A model generated the notes under the pieces. The model saw nothing but the letters and a program-made list of their open reading frames with translations. It searched no databases and was not told where the DNA came from. The position numbers and the translations under genes are program-made. A stretch of 64,000 nt of DNA from Candidatus Latescibacterota bacterium (GTDB lineage Bacteria; Latescibacterota; UBA2968; UBA8231): assembly GCA_963422735.1 (NCBI GenBank), contig OY730476.1, positions 1,376,001-1,440,000 of the forward strand, in the 5' to 3' direction. Shown here one piece after another: positions 29,703-39,620 of the stretch (the first letter of the stretch is position 1; the number at the start of each line of letters is the position of its first letter).

Positions 29703-29862
29703 GCCTCGGCAAAACCCCGGGAGTGGCCCCGGAAAACAGGTTGACTCAACCCTGAAGAAGCTACTCTTGGCGTTTGGACAATGGCAAGGGAAAATTGGGA
29801 AAGGGCACTCGGTTGTGGACAATCGCTTTGCCAACCCGCTCTTATGCTTACATTATATATTT

Positions 29863-30651
29863 ATGACCGCAGACCAAAAGAAGCTGGTGCCCTCGCCTCG
29901 CGAAAAGCGCAACCAGCAACTCGCGCACTCCTTCTGCGATCTCGCTCTAGAGCAAATGCCCGCTGAGGACCTTTTGCGCTGGGCCAGCGAGACCTTTCCC
30001 GGCCGGGCCGTACTCAACACCAGCTTCCAGTACACCGGGGTTGCAATGATCCACATGGCATCGTCCATGGGGTTGAACTTGCGCTTTGCCACCATCGACA
30101 CCCTCCGGCTCCACCCCGAGACGTACGCCTTTATGGAGGAAGTCAAAGCGCGCTATGGCTGCCACTTTGAGGTCGTCCAGCCCAAACGCGGCGATGTCGA
30201 ACGGATGGTCGCACGTCACGGCGAGTACTTGTTTTTTGATTCCAAGGAAAAACAGGAACACTGTTGCCAAGTGCGGAAGGAATGGCCTAACAACGCGCTG
30301 CTGCGGACCGCCGACTGCTGGGTTTCGGGGCAGCGCCGGGACCAGTCCGAGCATCGCCAGCAAACGGCGAAGAAGGCGGTCTTAATTGACGAGTACAGCA
30401 CCCGGCGCAAAATACTCAAGCTCAATCCGTTGGTGGACTGGAGCGAAGACGCGCTGATCGAGTTTACGCGGGCAAACGACTTGCCGGTGCATCCGCTCTA
30501 CAGTCAAGGCTACCCGAGCTTTGGCTGCATCATCTGCTCCACCCCGACTCGGCCCGACGAACCCAAGCGCAGCGGTCGCTGGCGTTGGTTCAACGAACGC
30601 GGCGCTGCCACAGACGACCACAAAGAGTGCGGCCTGCACTACAACATCTGA
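29863..30651 (+). CDS. cysH: Adenylyl-sulfate (APS) reductase, [4Fe-4S], thioredoxin-dependent
   Basis: TSFQ, IDTLRLHPET, CCQVRK, SGQRRDQS, GYPSFGCIICS, RSGRW, KECGLH. Confidence 0.93.
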   Translation: MTADQKKLVPSPREKRNQQLAHSFCDLALEQMPAEDLLRWASETFPGRAVLNTSFQYTGVAMIHMASSMGLNLRFATIDTLRLHPETYAFMEEVKARYGCHFEVVQPKRGDVERMVARHGEYLFFDSKEKQEHCCQVRKEWPNNALLRTADCWVSGQRRDQSEHRQQTAKKAVLIDEYSTRRKILKLNPLVDWSEDALIEFTRANDLPVHPLYSQGYPSFGCIICSTPTRPDEPKRSGRWRWFNERGAATDDHKECGLHYNI

Positions 30652-30664
30652 GAGAAACCGCGCA

Positions 30665-31015
30665 ATGGTCCACGCCTTGGAATGGCGCTACCACCGCCCT
30701 AACTGAACAAGCTGCAAGCGCGCACAAGAGTTTCTTGTGCAGAACGGCATTGCCGACGGCATCGTGCAGAGTGCGACCAAAGAACCTATCGCGGGCACGG
30801 CAGCCCTCGCCCTGCTAGAGAACGCGACCGAGCTGTTCATCGCCCAAGGGCAGCGTGTCCTCCGCTTCGACCTGACGTGGCAACGACCCGCGGACGAGGA
30901 ATTGCTCCCGCTTCTGTTGGGGCGTTCTGGCAAGCTCCGGGCACCCGCGTTTCGCTGCGGGACACGCCTGATAGTCGGCTACAACCAAGTGCTGCTGCCG
31001 CTGGCGTTGGGCTGA
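30665..31015 (+). CDS. ArsC/Spx-family selenoprotein (UxxC, Sec at TGA 30704-30706)
   Basis: MVHALEWRYHRPN-TGA-TSCKRAQEFL stays in frame with the ORF ending LLGRSGKLRAPAFRCGTRLIVGYN; SECIS-like hairpin at 30722-30740. Confidence 0.85.
30704..30742 (+). promoter_or_regulatory. Candidate bacterial SECIS element
   Basis: GCACAAGA-GTT-TCTTGTGC hairpin starting 16 nt after UGA, with G in the apical loop. Confidence 0.65.
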
Positions 31016-31259
31016 TAACGAGAGGCTCTGAAATGCCGCCTTATCCAACGGCCACTACAAAGCAAGGGATTGAGACGAAGGGTCCATCCATGCGGCATTG
31101 CTTCAGCACTGGGCGAAGGTCAATGAAGTCCCCTTTTCGAGATTGGAGCAGGCGAATTCGGTCGGTCGTTTTTTGGCCACGTCTCGTACAAGCGAGGTCG
31201 AAAGCATTCGCCAGATACTAAGAGCCTATGGCGACCTAGGCTTTCCTTAACATTTGACC

Positions 31260-32225
31260 CTCAATGCGGCGCGGAGCCTCTATTTTGATCTGTACGGCGA
31301 GTCGGCGGCGGCGAGCAGATCAACCAAGCCATCGCGCATCCCCCGGCCACCACCCGCGCTTGCGCCCGCTCCCGAGTGATGAGGGTGCTGACCGATCAAA
31401 AGGTGCGCTACCAATAGGTTCCTCAGCCTCGACGATCCCTTTCTCACCTATGGCCGCGAAGCCGAAGTCTTCATCCGCGAGTGCCGGCAGATGCCGGTCG
31501 ATACATTTTAATGTATGCCGTTGGCTGGCCCGGCGCGTTTTCCCATATAAAAGCTGTACGTGGCAAATGTGGCCGGGAGGATGCGGTCGTGGCGGGCCAT
31601 ATCGTTAATGGCAGTGAGAAAGCCGCCGCGGACTAGGTAAACGAGAAATTCCTCGAGCAGGACTTGCTCCGTCTCTTCGGGTAGCGACGATGTAGCAGCT
31701 CTTGGCTGTTCAGCAAGCGCTTTAGACCCACAGCCGCGGCAAAGCTCAGGGGATGGAGGTGAAAATCGACCGCCGCGGCTGGCCCTCTGCGGCCGGGAAA
31801 ACGCGTCCGCCATGTCCGAGCCGATGGCAATGAGCACGACGCCTTCGAGTAAGCCGGCGTCGGCGAGGTACTTGATCCCCTTGTCCCAACCGGCGATATA
31901 GGTCACTTCGTCGAGCGAGATGTAGCGCCGGCACTTCTCGCTGTAGGGTCAATACTAAGCGCACTAGCGCGTGGGGACCGTCGATGAGTTCGCCGGTAAA
32001 AAAGCGCAGACGAGCCGGGGCCATCCACTGTTCGAGCAGGGTCGGCTTGCCAATCTGGCGGCCTCCGCCCACAGTATAAATGCCCGGCTGGTTGCGCGGC
32101 AGGCGGTCGAGAAGGAGAAAGCGATAGATTAGGGGCTGATCGCGCAGGCGCCTGAGGTGCGGGTCGAGGTCGGAAAAGATGCCTTCGAGATGGCTATTGC
32201 GAATCTGAAATTCTTCTAAACTCAT
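31260..32225 (-). pseudogene. Second AAA_14/DUF4143-type ATP-binding protein, heavily fragmented
   Basis: TVGGGRQIGKPTL, LDEVTYIAGWDKGIKYLADAG, YLVRGGFLTAIND spread over several frames. Confidence 0.75.
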
Positions 32226-32473
32226 TAATTACTTATAGTTACGTTTATTGTTAAAATTTAGCCAATGCAAATCAGTAGCGCAATTTTGCGTTTTCCCGGG
32301 GCTTTTCTCAATAGAACTGGCCGTCGTCGGCCAAATTAGGAGAAAAATTCTCGATGCCGTTTTGGGCTTGTGATTCATCTGGCTTATCTTTAATGCGTTC
32401 TTAGCCGTCGGATAGCATCCTCAAAAAGCAGCTTTAATTTCTGCATCTTCGACCTGAAGGACGAAAAACGCCG

Positions 32474-33703
32474 ATGACCTTTCTCGAACCCCTCTTCGCC
32501 GGCTTGGGCCAGATCCGGGCGCACAAGCTGCGCTCGCTGCTGACGCTGTTGGGCATTGTCATTGGCGTGGCGGCCATCATTGCCGTGGTGTCGCTCGGGG
32601 AGGGATTGCGCCGCGAGGTGATTTCGCAGTTCATCTTCAGCGGCGGCGCGGGCATGATCGAGGTGGAGCCGCCGCGCCAGTGGGTGCGCAAGGATGGCCG
32701 CTGGGTCCGCCGCTCCTGGCAGGAGCACCTGACCGCGGCCGACATGGCGGCTATGCAGCGGGAAATCGACGAACTGCACACGCTTGTGCCCAGGGTTCAA
32801 GGCAGTGCCTCGCTACAGCGCGGCAAGACCACCGTGCAGGCGAGCTATACGGGTACTTCCGCCGCGTTCACCGAGGGCTTCAACTGGCCCTTGACCAGCG
32901 GCCGGCCGCTGAGCGCGGACGACTTGCGCCTCGCCCGCAAGGTCTGCCTAATCGGCGGTGATGTGCATAAAGACCTCTTTCAGGAGGCCGACCCGCTGGG
33001 CAAGGAGATCTTGCTCAACGGCGACCGCTATGTGGTCGTTGGCGTGCTCGCCGAGCGCGTCCGCTTTGGCCAAAGCGAGGGCAATCTCGTGCTGGTCCCG
33101 TACACCACGGCCCAAAAGCGGTTGCAGGGCGTGGATTACTTCTCGGAACTCACGCTCTTCGTCGAGGATTTGGAGGCTGTCGAGCGGGTCGTCGAAGCGG
33201 TGCGCCGCGTCCTCCGACGACACCACGAGCACGGCGACGCCTTTGAGGTGGAAACCAGCGAGGGGCAAATAGACAACGCCAATGAGTTCTTCCGCGTCCT
33301 ACAACAAGTAGGCGGTGGGATTGCGGGGATTTCGCTTTTGGTCGGCGGCATTGGCATTATGAACATCTTGCTGGTGTCGGTGGCCGAGCGCACCCGCGAG
33401 ATTGGCATCCGCAAGGCCCTCGGCGCTAAGCCGCGCCACATCCTCGGCCAGTTCCTCGCCGAGGCCGTGGTCTTGAGCATGGTCGGCGGCTTGTTGGGCA
33501 TTCTCAGTGGCTTGGGCTTGGGCTTGGGGGCGGCCTTCGTTATTCAGCAGCTCGCGCCCGGCGCGCCTTTTACCAGCATTGTCTCGGCTGAGTCCGTGCT
33601 GTGGGCCGTCGGCTTTTCATCGGGCGTCGGCATCTTCTTTGGCGTCTATCCCGCCTTTCGCGCTGCCCGGCTCGATCCGGTAGAGGCGCTGCGCCGCTCG
33701 TGA
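32474..33703 (+). CDS. MacB/FtsX-type ABC transporter permease
   Basis: [65 protein letters not shown]. Confidence 0.95.
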   Translation: MTFLEPLFAGLGQIRAHKLRSLLTLLGIVIGVAAIIAVVSLGEGLRREVISQFIFSGGAGMIEVEPPRQWVRKDGRWVRRSWQEHLTAADMAAMQREIDELHTLVPRVQGSASLQRGKTTVQASYTGTSAAFTEGFNWPLTSGRPLSADDLRLARKVCLIGGDVHKDLFQEADPLGKEILLNGDRYVVVGVLAERVRFGQSEGNLVLVPYTTAQKRLQGVDYFSELTLFVEDLEAVERVVEAVRRVLRRHHEHGDAFEVETSEGQIDNANEFFRVLQQVGGGIAGISLLVGGIGIMNILLVSVAERTREIGIRKALGAKPRHILGQFLAEAVVLSMVGGLLGILSGLGLGLGAAFVIQQLAPGAPFTSIVSAESVLWAVGFSSGVGIFFGVYPAFRAARLDPVEALRRS

Positions 33704-34923
33704 TCTTCCTCGAATCCATCCGCATTGCTCTCGGGCAAATATGGGTCAACAAGCTGCGCACGGCTCTGACCCTGCTGGGTATGATGATTGGGGTCGGCGC
33801 GGTCGTCGGCATCGTGTCCATTGGCGAGGGGATGCGGCAGTTTGTCATTGACGAGTTCGGCAAGTTAGGCGGGGCCCAGTTCGTAATGGTTACGCCGCAA
33901 TACACGCAGCTCAAGGACGGCCGCTGGGTCCCCAACCCCCGCTATAAGCCCTTGACTATGGACGACCTGCGCGTAGTCGAGCAAGCCTCCGACCGCTTGG
34001 CGGCGGTTCTGCCATCTATGACGAATGGAGCCGATCTGCGCTATCGCAAGGCCAGCTACCAGAGCAGGGCGGCCGGGACCTTACCCGAGTTCGCCGAGGT
34101 ATACAACTGGCAGGTCGCCGAGGGCCGCTTCCTGATCAACGCCGACTTGGACAAGCTGCGCCGGGTCTGCGTGATTGGAGAAAAGGTGCGCGAGGAGGTA
34201 TTTGGCTTGGCCCCCTTCTTGGGCCGCGAGCTCAAGCTCAACGGCCAGCGCTTTACGGTCGTCGGCCTCATGGAGGATCGCCAGACCTTTGGCGAGAACT
34301 GGGGCGATCAAGTGCTGGTGCCAGTGACGACAGCCCAGCGACGCCTCGCCGGCAACAAGTACATCCAAGCCTTGGTAGCCCACGCCAAGGAGCAAGAAGA
34401 CGTACCCCACATTACCGCTGCCATTGAAAAGGCACTCAAAAAGCGCCACGGCCCGGAGGCGAGCTATCAGATCATCAGCGGTCGCAGCATCCTAGAGCAG
34501 GTCGAGCAGACTATTTTGCTGTTGAAGTTGGTCGTGGGTGGGATTGCGGGGATTTCGCTTTTGGTCGGCGGCATTGGCATTATGAACATCTTGCTGGTGT
34601 CGGTGGCCGAGCGCACCCGCGAGATTGGCATCCGCAAGGCCCTCGGCGCCAAGCCGGTGACTTTGTTGTGGCAATTCGTGATAGAGGCGATGGCCCTGAG
34701 CTTGACGGGGGGAGCACTGGGGGTGGCTGCGGGCTATGGGTTGGGCGAGGGCATTGCGCGCGTCATTTCCCATTACAGCGAATTGGACTTTCCCAGCATT
34801 GTCTCGCCGGAGGCCACGCTGCTGGTGCTGGGCCTGTCCATCGCGATTGGCCTTTTCTTTGGCATCTATCCGGCGGCCCGCGCCTCGCGGCTCGATCCGG
34901 TTAATGCTTTGCGCTCGGAGTGA
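33700..34923 (+). CDS. MacB/FtsX-type ABC transporter permease (second)
   Basis: Same motifs; GTG start overlaps the previous stop. Confidence 0.95.
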   Translation: MIFLESIRIALGQIWVNKLRTALTLLGMMIGVGAVVGIVSIGEGMRQFVIDEFGKLGGAQFVMVTPQYTQLKDGRWVPNPRYKPLTMDDLRVVEQASDRLAAVLPSMTNGADLRYRKASYQSRAAGTLPEFAEVYNWQVAEGRFLINADLDKLRRVCVIGEKVREEVFGLAPFLGRELKLNGQRFTVVGLMEDRQTFGENWGDQVLVPVTTAQRRLAGNKYIQALVAHAKEQEDVPHITAAIEKALKKRHGPEASYQIISGRSILEQVEQTILLLKLVVGGIAGISLLVGGIGIMNILLVSVAERTREIGIRKALGAKPVTLLWQFVIEAMALSLTGGALGVAAGYGLGEGIARVISHYSELDFPSIVSPEATLLVLGLSIAIGLFFGIYPAARASRLDPVNALRSE

Positions 34924-34927
34924 TCTC

Positions 34928-35608
34928 GTGCTGATCGAACTGAATGGCATTAGCAAGGTTTACGTGCGCGGCACCGAAGAGGTGCATGCTCTGCGCTCGG
35001 TGGATTTGGCGATTGAGGCCAACGAATACGTCGCGCTGATGGGTCCTTCTGGCTCGGGTAAATCCACGCTGATGAACATCCTCGGCTGCTTGGATTCGCC
35101 CACGGATGGGACGTACCGCTTGGCCGGCACGGATGTGTCGCGCATGAATGCCAACGAGTTGGCCGAAGCGCGCAACAGCCGCGTCGGCTTCATTTTCCAA
35201 ACCTTCAACTTGCTGCCGCGTGCATCGGCCCTGCAAAACGTCGAGCTGCCGCTGATTTACAACGGCCAACGCCGCAAGGTGCGCCGCGCTCGGGCGATGC
35301 AGGTGCTGGAGCGGGTTGGCTTGGCCGACCGCATGACGCACCGTCCAGCCGAACTGTCTGGCGGGCAATGTCAGCGAGTGGCCATTGCCCGCGCCTTAGC
35401 CAACGGGCCTTCGCTGATCCTCGCCGACGAGCCGACCGGCAACCTCGACTCCCGCACCGGCGAGGAGATCATGATCCTCTTCGACGCCTTGCACGACGAA
35501 GGCAACACCGTGCTCTTGGTGACCCACGATCCCGTTATTGCCCAACAGGCCAAGCGGTTGATCCGCATCCACGATGGCCGCATCGCTTCTGACGAGAAGC
35601 TGGCGTAG
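34928..35608 (+). CDS. MacB/LolD-type ABC ATP-binding protein
   Basis: [31 protein letters not shown]. Confidence 0.95.
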   Translation: MLIELNGISKVYVRGTEEVHALRSVDLAIEANEYVALMGPSGSGKSTLMNILGCLDSPTDGTYRLAGTDVSRMNANELAEARNSRVGFIFQTFNLLPRASALQNVELPLIYNGQRRKVRRARAMQVLERVGLADRMTHRPAELSGGQCQRVAIARALANGPSLILADEPTGNLDSRTGEEIMILFDALHDEGNTVLLVTHDPVIAQQAKRLIRIHDGRIASDEKLA

Positions 35609-35673
35609 TTGCGTTTTATCTAAATCAGCGGAGAAATGACTGGATCGGCGACGAGGCGGGCACCACGGGCGAG

Positions 35674-36240
35674 ATGGGTGGCCTCTGGCGTTTTCGCAAC
35701 CGGGCACCGCAAGAAATGGTCGGCGTTGGTTTTACCTCCCAAGGCGGAGGCCACAACCGCCCCTATAGACGGCAGCCGGACAGTTTGGACCCTAGGGCGA
35801 CCTTTATCTTTGAGGGCTTAGCCCCCGGGGAATTGATCGGCGACTACCGAGAGGATGCACACACGGTTGGGCTCACCCGGGATTTATTCGACGCGGAGGG
35901 GCACTTCAACCAGCCCGGCCCCGGCCTAGAATTATTCGATGAAATGCCCGGGATCCAGTACCGGATATTGGCCGAGCAAGTCCGCGGCTGCGACGCGGCC
36001 ATCTCGGTCGCGTCCCGCTGGAGCGAGCGCTCCCTGGTTGGCAGTGGCCGTGCTCCTCACCGGCGTCGGGTACGACCACATCGATGTCGAAGCCCTGACC
36101 CGGGCCAATGCAATGCTCTGCTCGGTCTCCCACGCTGTGCGCCGGCCCATGGCCTGCACCATCATCACCTTTATTCTATCCTGGCCACGCGCCTTATCGA
36201 CATCGCATTCGAGGTCGAACAGCGCAAAGAAACGTTGGAT
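35674..36240 (+). pseudogene. Chimeric relic: N,N-dimethylformamidase beta-subunit-like fragment joined to a D-2-hydroxyacid dehydrogenase N-terminus
   Basis: GGLWRFRNRAPQEMVGVGF...SLDPRATFIFEG...ELIGD, then VGLTRDLF...GVGYDHIDVEALT (frameshifted). Confidence 0.6.
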
Positions 36241-36406
36241 GCGACAACTGTAGGATCTCGTTCGACCAAGTATCCGAGGCGACGGAGTACCAGAAGGTGC
36301 TCTATTTCTTTGCAAAGGAGAAGATCAAAAATCCATACCAGCCGTTCGACAGTGCCAAGTATCCACTGCCACCCAGATTAACATTCAAGAGGATTTGCTG
36401 TCAGCA

Positions 36407-37009
36407 ATGTCGTGCAACGAGACCAAGAGGCTCACTGGAAAACAGGGCCAAGAAATTGACTGGCTGAACCTGGAGATAGTTACCCCAAGACTCAGATTGT
36501 TTTCGATCTCGCGCAGACAGGCCGAGGACATATTCAGAGAGTTTACGACAGAAATCACGCGCTACATGGCTCCTTGTCCAAGTGAGTGTATAGATGATAC
36601 GTTCGCATTTATCGACGCTGCTCTTGAGAGAATGAAGACGGGGGACGAATACCAAGCCGTCGTTGTCGAGCGCGATTCAGGAGAGTTCCTTGGTTGTTGC
36701 GGACTTCACGGGGAGGGGAAACCCGAAACGCCCGAACTGGGCATATGGATCAAGAGGAGTGCTCACGGAAACGGTTACGGCAAGGAAGCGATCGTTGGTT
36801 TAAAGCAGTGGGCCGACAGTACTCTGCAGTACGAATATCTCACGTATTCGGTTGATCGACTCAACGAGTCCAGCATAAGGATACCGGAGGATCTCGGTGG
36901 TGAAGTCTTCGATAGAGAGACTTACAAGAAGGCGGATGGAACAACCTTGGAGTTGCTGGTCTATAGAATACTCCCGAAATCCAAACGACCATGGCGGATG
37001 ACTTTGTAG
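36407..37009 (+). CDS. GNAT N-acetyltransferase (RimJ/RimL type)
   Basis: TPRLRL, EFLGCCGL, ELGIWI..AHGNGYGKEA, N.SSIRI; start uncertain. Confidence 0.8.
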   Translation: MSCNETKRLTGKQGQEIDWLNLEIVTPRLRLFSISRRQAEDIFREFTTEITRYMAPCPSECIDDTFAFIDAALERMKTGDEYQAVVVERDSGEFLGCCGLHGEGKPETPELGIWIKRSAHGNGYGKEAIVGLKQWADSTLQYEYLTYSVDRLNESSIRIPEDLGGEVFDRETYKKADGTTLELLVYRILPKSKRPWRMTL

Positions 37010-37356
37010 ATGCAAGGACATTCATCGACAAAACTGTCGATGTTACTATAGATCGACCTCTTGGCTCCAAACATCCTGAAGCAGGCTTCATCTATCCAGT
37101 CAACTATGGATTTCTCCCAAATGTGCCGGCACCTGACGGAGAAGATATGGACGCCTATATCCTCGGCGTTTTCAAACCGCTAGAGACGTTTACAGGCAAG
37201 TGTATCGCCGTCATTAAACGATCTGACGACAATGATGATAAGCTCATTGTCTCACCTGCCGGCAAGGATTACTCCGACGAGCAGATCCTCGCCTTGACGG
37301 AATTCCAAGAGCAATTTTTCGAGCCGTCCGTAACACGTGAAGCGATCGCCTCGTGA
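36991..37356 (+). CDS. Short inorganic pyrophosphatase-like protein
   Basis: IDRPLGSKHP, YPVNYG, DGEDMDAY, DDKL. Confidence 0.85.
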   Translation: MADDFVDARTFIDKTVDVTIDRPLGSKHPEAGFIYPVNYGFLPNVPAPDGEDMDAYILGVFKPLETFTGKCIAVIKRSDDNDDKLIVSPAGKDYSDEQILALTEFQEQFFEPSVTREAIAS

Positions 37357-37402
37357 AGGCCGCTGGGCGGGTTCGCAAACCGGCTACCTGAAAACGTTGG
37401 GA
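37328..37402 (+). mobile_element. Degenerate attC-like site
   Basis: CCGTAAC...TTCGCAAACCGGC...CGTTGGGA; shares the right-arm motif with the sites at 46886 and 47764. Confidence 0.45.
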
Positions 37403-37446
37403 GGAAACATCGGTGAAACGCACAACCCAGACTAGGAAAGAGACCC

Positions 37447-38109
37447 ATGACATTCAGGATCGCTAATGATCCGGAGACCGATTATCGGGAATTGGTAAGA
37501 ACCGCCTATAACCGGTGTGCGATAAATTACGCAAGACAAAGACGTACTACGGCCAGCACGGAGCTCAACTTAATAACTGAGCATCTAGTACCTGGTTCAA
37601 AGATCCTTGACGTTGGATGTGGTGCGGGTATCCCGGTCGCCCGACATCTTGCAAAGGCGTTCAGCCTTACAGGGATCGACATCTCCTCGGACATGATAGC
37701 TCTGGCCAAGAAAAACGTCCTCACAGCCAAATTCGTCATCGCCGACGTAATGGAGACCGAATTCCCCGCATGTAGCTTCGATGCAATTGTCAGCTTTTAC
37801 GCCATCTTCCATATCCCAAGACAGGAGCATCTAAACCTCTTTCGTCGATTTGCACAGTGGCTTCGGCCCGGTGGCCTCCTTCTGGTTACAGTTGCCAAGA
37901 AAGACGACGGCCCTGGATATACCGAAGACGACTTCTTCGGCGGGACCATGTACTGGAGCAACTTTGGCCCCTCGACCTACAAGAAATTTCTTACTGAGAC
38001 GGGGTTTCAGATTGAACAGGAAGGTATCGTAGGAGGGGGATACGAAAGTGTTGATGCACTGGAGGAGATCCACCCATTTTTCTTTGCTGTCAAAAAAGAG
38101 GGCTTGTAA
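37447..38109 (+). CDS. Class I SAM-dependent methyltransferase
   Basis: ILDVGCGAG, GIDIS, FDAIVSFYAIFH, LRPGG. Confidence 0.9.
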   Translation: MTFRIANDPETDYRELVRTAYNRCAINYARQRRTTASTELNLITEHLVPGSKILDVGCGAGIPVARHLAKAFSLTGIDISSDMIALAKKNVLTAKFVIADVMETEFPACSFDAIVSFYAIFHIPRQEHLNLFRRFAQWLRPGGLLLVTVAKKDDGPGYTEDDFFGGTMYWSNFGPSTYKKFLTETGFQIEQEGIVGGGYESVDALEEIHPFFFAVKKEGL

Positions 38110-38179
38110 ATCGGCAAACGTTGTGAGTTGAACTCATTAGACACAATCGGCGCACTCGTTTATCTGGAAAGGATTACCA

Positions 38180-38593
38180 ATGCCACTAACAGGTCGATGT
38201 CTTTGTGGGGCGATCAGTTATACAAGCGACGCGGAACCCCAATCTGTGACCTATTGCCACTGTGACGACTGCCGTAGGGTCACGGGCAGCGCTTTCAACG
38301 TTGGAGTTGGCGTACCAGCGTCCACATTTCAACTGAGCGGTAAAACCAAGGGATACGAATCTACGAATGACGAGGGCCGCACAAAGATTCGCGAATTCTG
38401 CCCAGAGTGTGGTTCGCAATTGTTCACACGTTACCCCAACACGGTGTTTATCAAGGCGGGCACCCTAGACCATTCTGAAGATTTGCGACCAACTCGGGAA
38501 ATTTGGACCGAAATGGCAGTCTCGTGGTCTAAAATACCTGACGGCCTAGATAAATTTCCCCGTGGGACAAGTTCACAACCCGGCATACGCTAG
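38180..38593 (+). CDS. GFA (glutathione-dependent formaldehyde-activating) family protein
   Basis: GRCLCGAI, CHCDDCRR, FCPECGS. Confidence 0.92.
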   Translation: MPLTGRCLCGAISYTSDAEPQSVTYCHCDDCRRVTGSAFNVGVGVPASTFQLSGKTKGYESTNDEGRTKIREFCPECGSQLFTRYPNTVFIKAGTLDHSEDLRPTREIWTEMAVSWSKIPDGLDKFPRGTSSQPGIR

Positions 38594-39186
38594 AGGGTTC
38601 AGATGAGAATTTCAGTCGTCAGCAGTAGTCTCGATCCCGACAGTCGCAGTAGGGTGCTTGCTACCCGGAGCCGGCCTAGGCGCGCTCAATTTTTAGTTCT
38701 AGACATCGGGCCTGAAGCAGCCCTAGCCTGACTGCTCTGGCCAGAGGATTCTGATCGCCATAGAGTCATATCGTCCCCTGCACATCTCTCCTTACCAGTG
38801 GACTTTGGAGCGGGCCTTTACGCGGCTGGACACAGTGGTGGCGACCGGCTTTTCCCAAATCGCGTACCTGTCCGGGCCTATCGAATAGCCAGTCGATCGG
38901 CTTGCCCAAGTCGGCACTGTCGTGCGGTTTAAACAGCAGACCGTTGCTGCCGGTTACTGATCGGCAAAGAGCAGATTAAGACGGTGTGTCAAAAGACGTT
39001 TGGCTATCTTGCGTCCTCCGCAGAAAATAGCGTTATTAAAAAATCAATGAGCACATTCGAACATCAGAGTGGCTCTAGCTCTGATGTTTTTCTATGCCTA
39101 CCTGTCGTTTCAACTGCCTAGATGCCCAAGTAGGAACGGTATGACTACCTCGCAGATCGGAATTGGTTGCGAACGGCTTTTCCGCA

Positions 39187-39620
39187 TGGATCAAACTGGG
39201 AAATCTGATTCTGTTAAGCAGAGGCCTGACTGCGACTATAGTCTCATCTGGTATCATGGCTCTCAGAAAGAGCTGACGAAACTTCGAGTCGGAAGTTCGA
39301 TCACACAGGACAAAAATGTGGCGAAAGCGTTCTCTCACAGGCCTTCACTTGTTTCTATGTCTGACGAAGGTGAGATTAAGCACAACGGCGTGACACCTGG
39401 TTATCTCTACGCCGTTTCCGATGGCATGGGTCCCGACGATGTGCATCCTCATCCCCATCCAGTAAATGCCACTCGCTGGGAGTGGCTGACCAACCGGGAA
39501 TTGAAGCTGGAACTCATCGAACAGACTATCGCAACGGACAAAGAACGGCTGACAGACGAAGAAATCGCAGAGATAAGGCAGAAACAAAAGGAAAGGGGCG
39601 CGGAGTCATTCGCTGAGTGA
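39187..39620 (+). CDS. Hypothetical protein with ADP-ribosyltransferase-like signature
   Basis: WYHGS...SIT...A.AFS...GYLY...EWL pattern reminiscent of Arr/ART fold. Confidence 0.55.

Noticed and set aside
29554-29862. N-terminal extension of cysH
   Set aside because: Overlaps the divergent ABC gene; homology begins near ATG 29863.
33314-34649. DGR or IS-related direct repeat
   Set aside because: Identical in-frame coding tract in paralogs; best explained by gene conversion.
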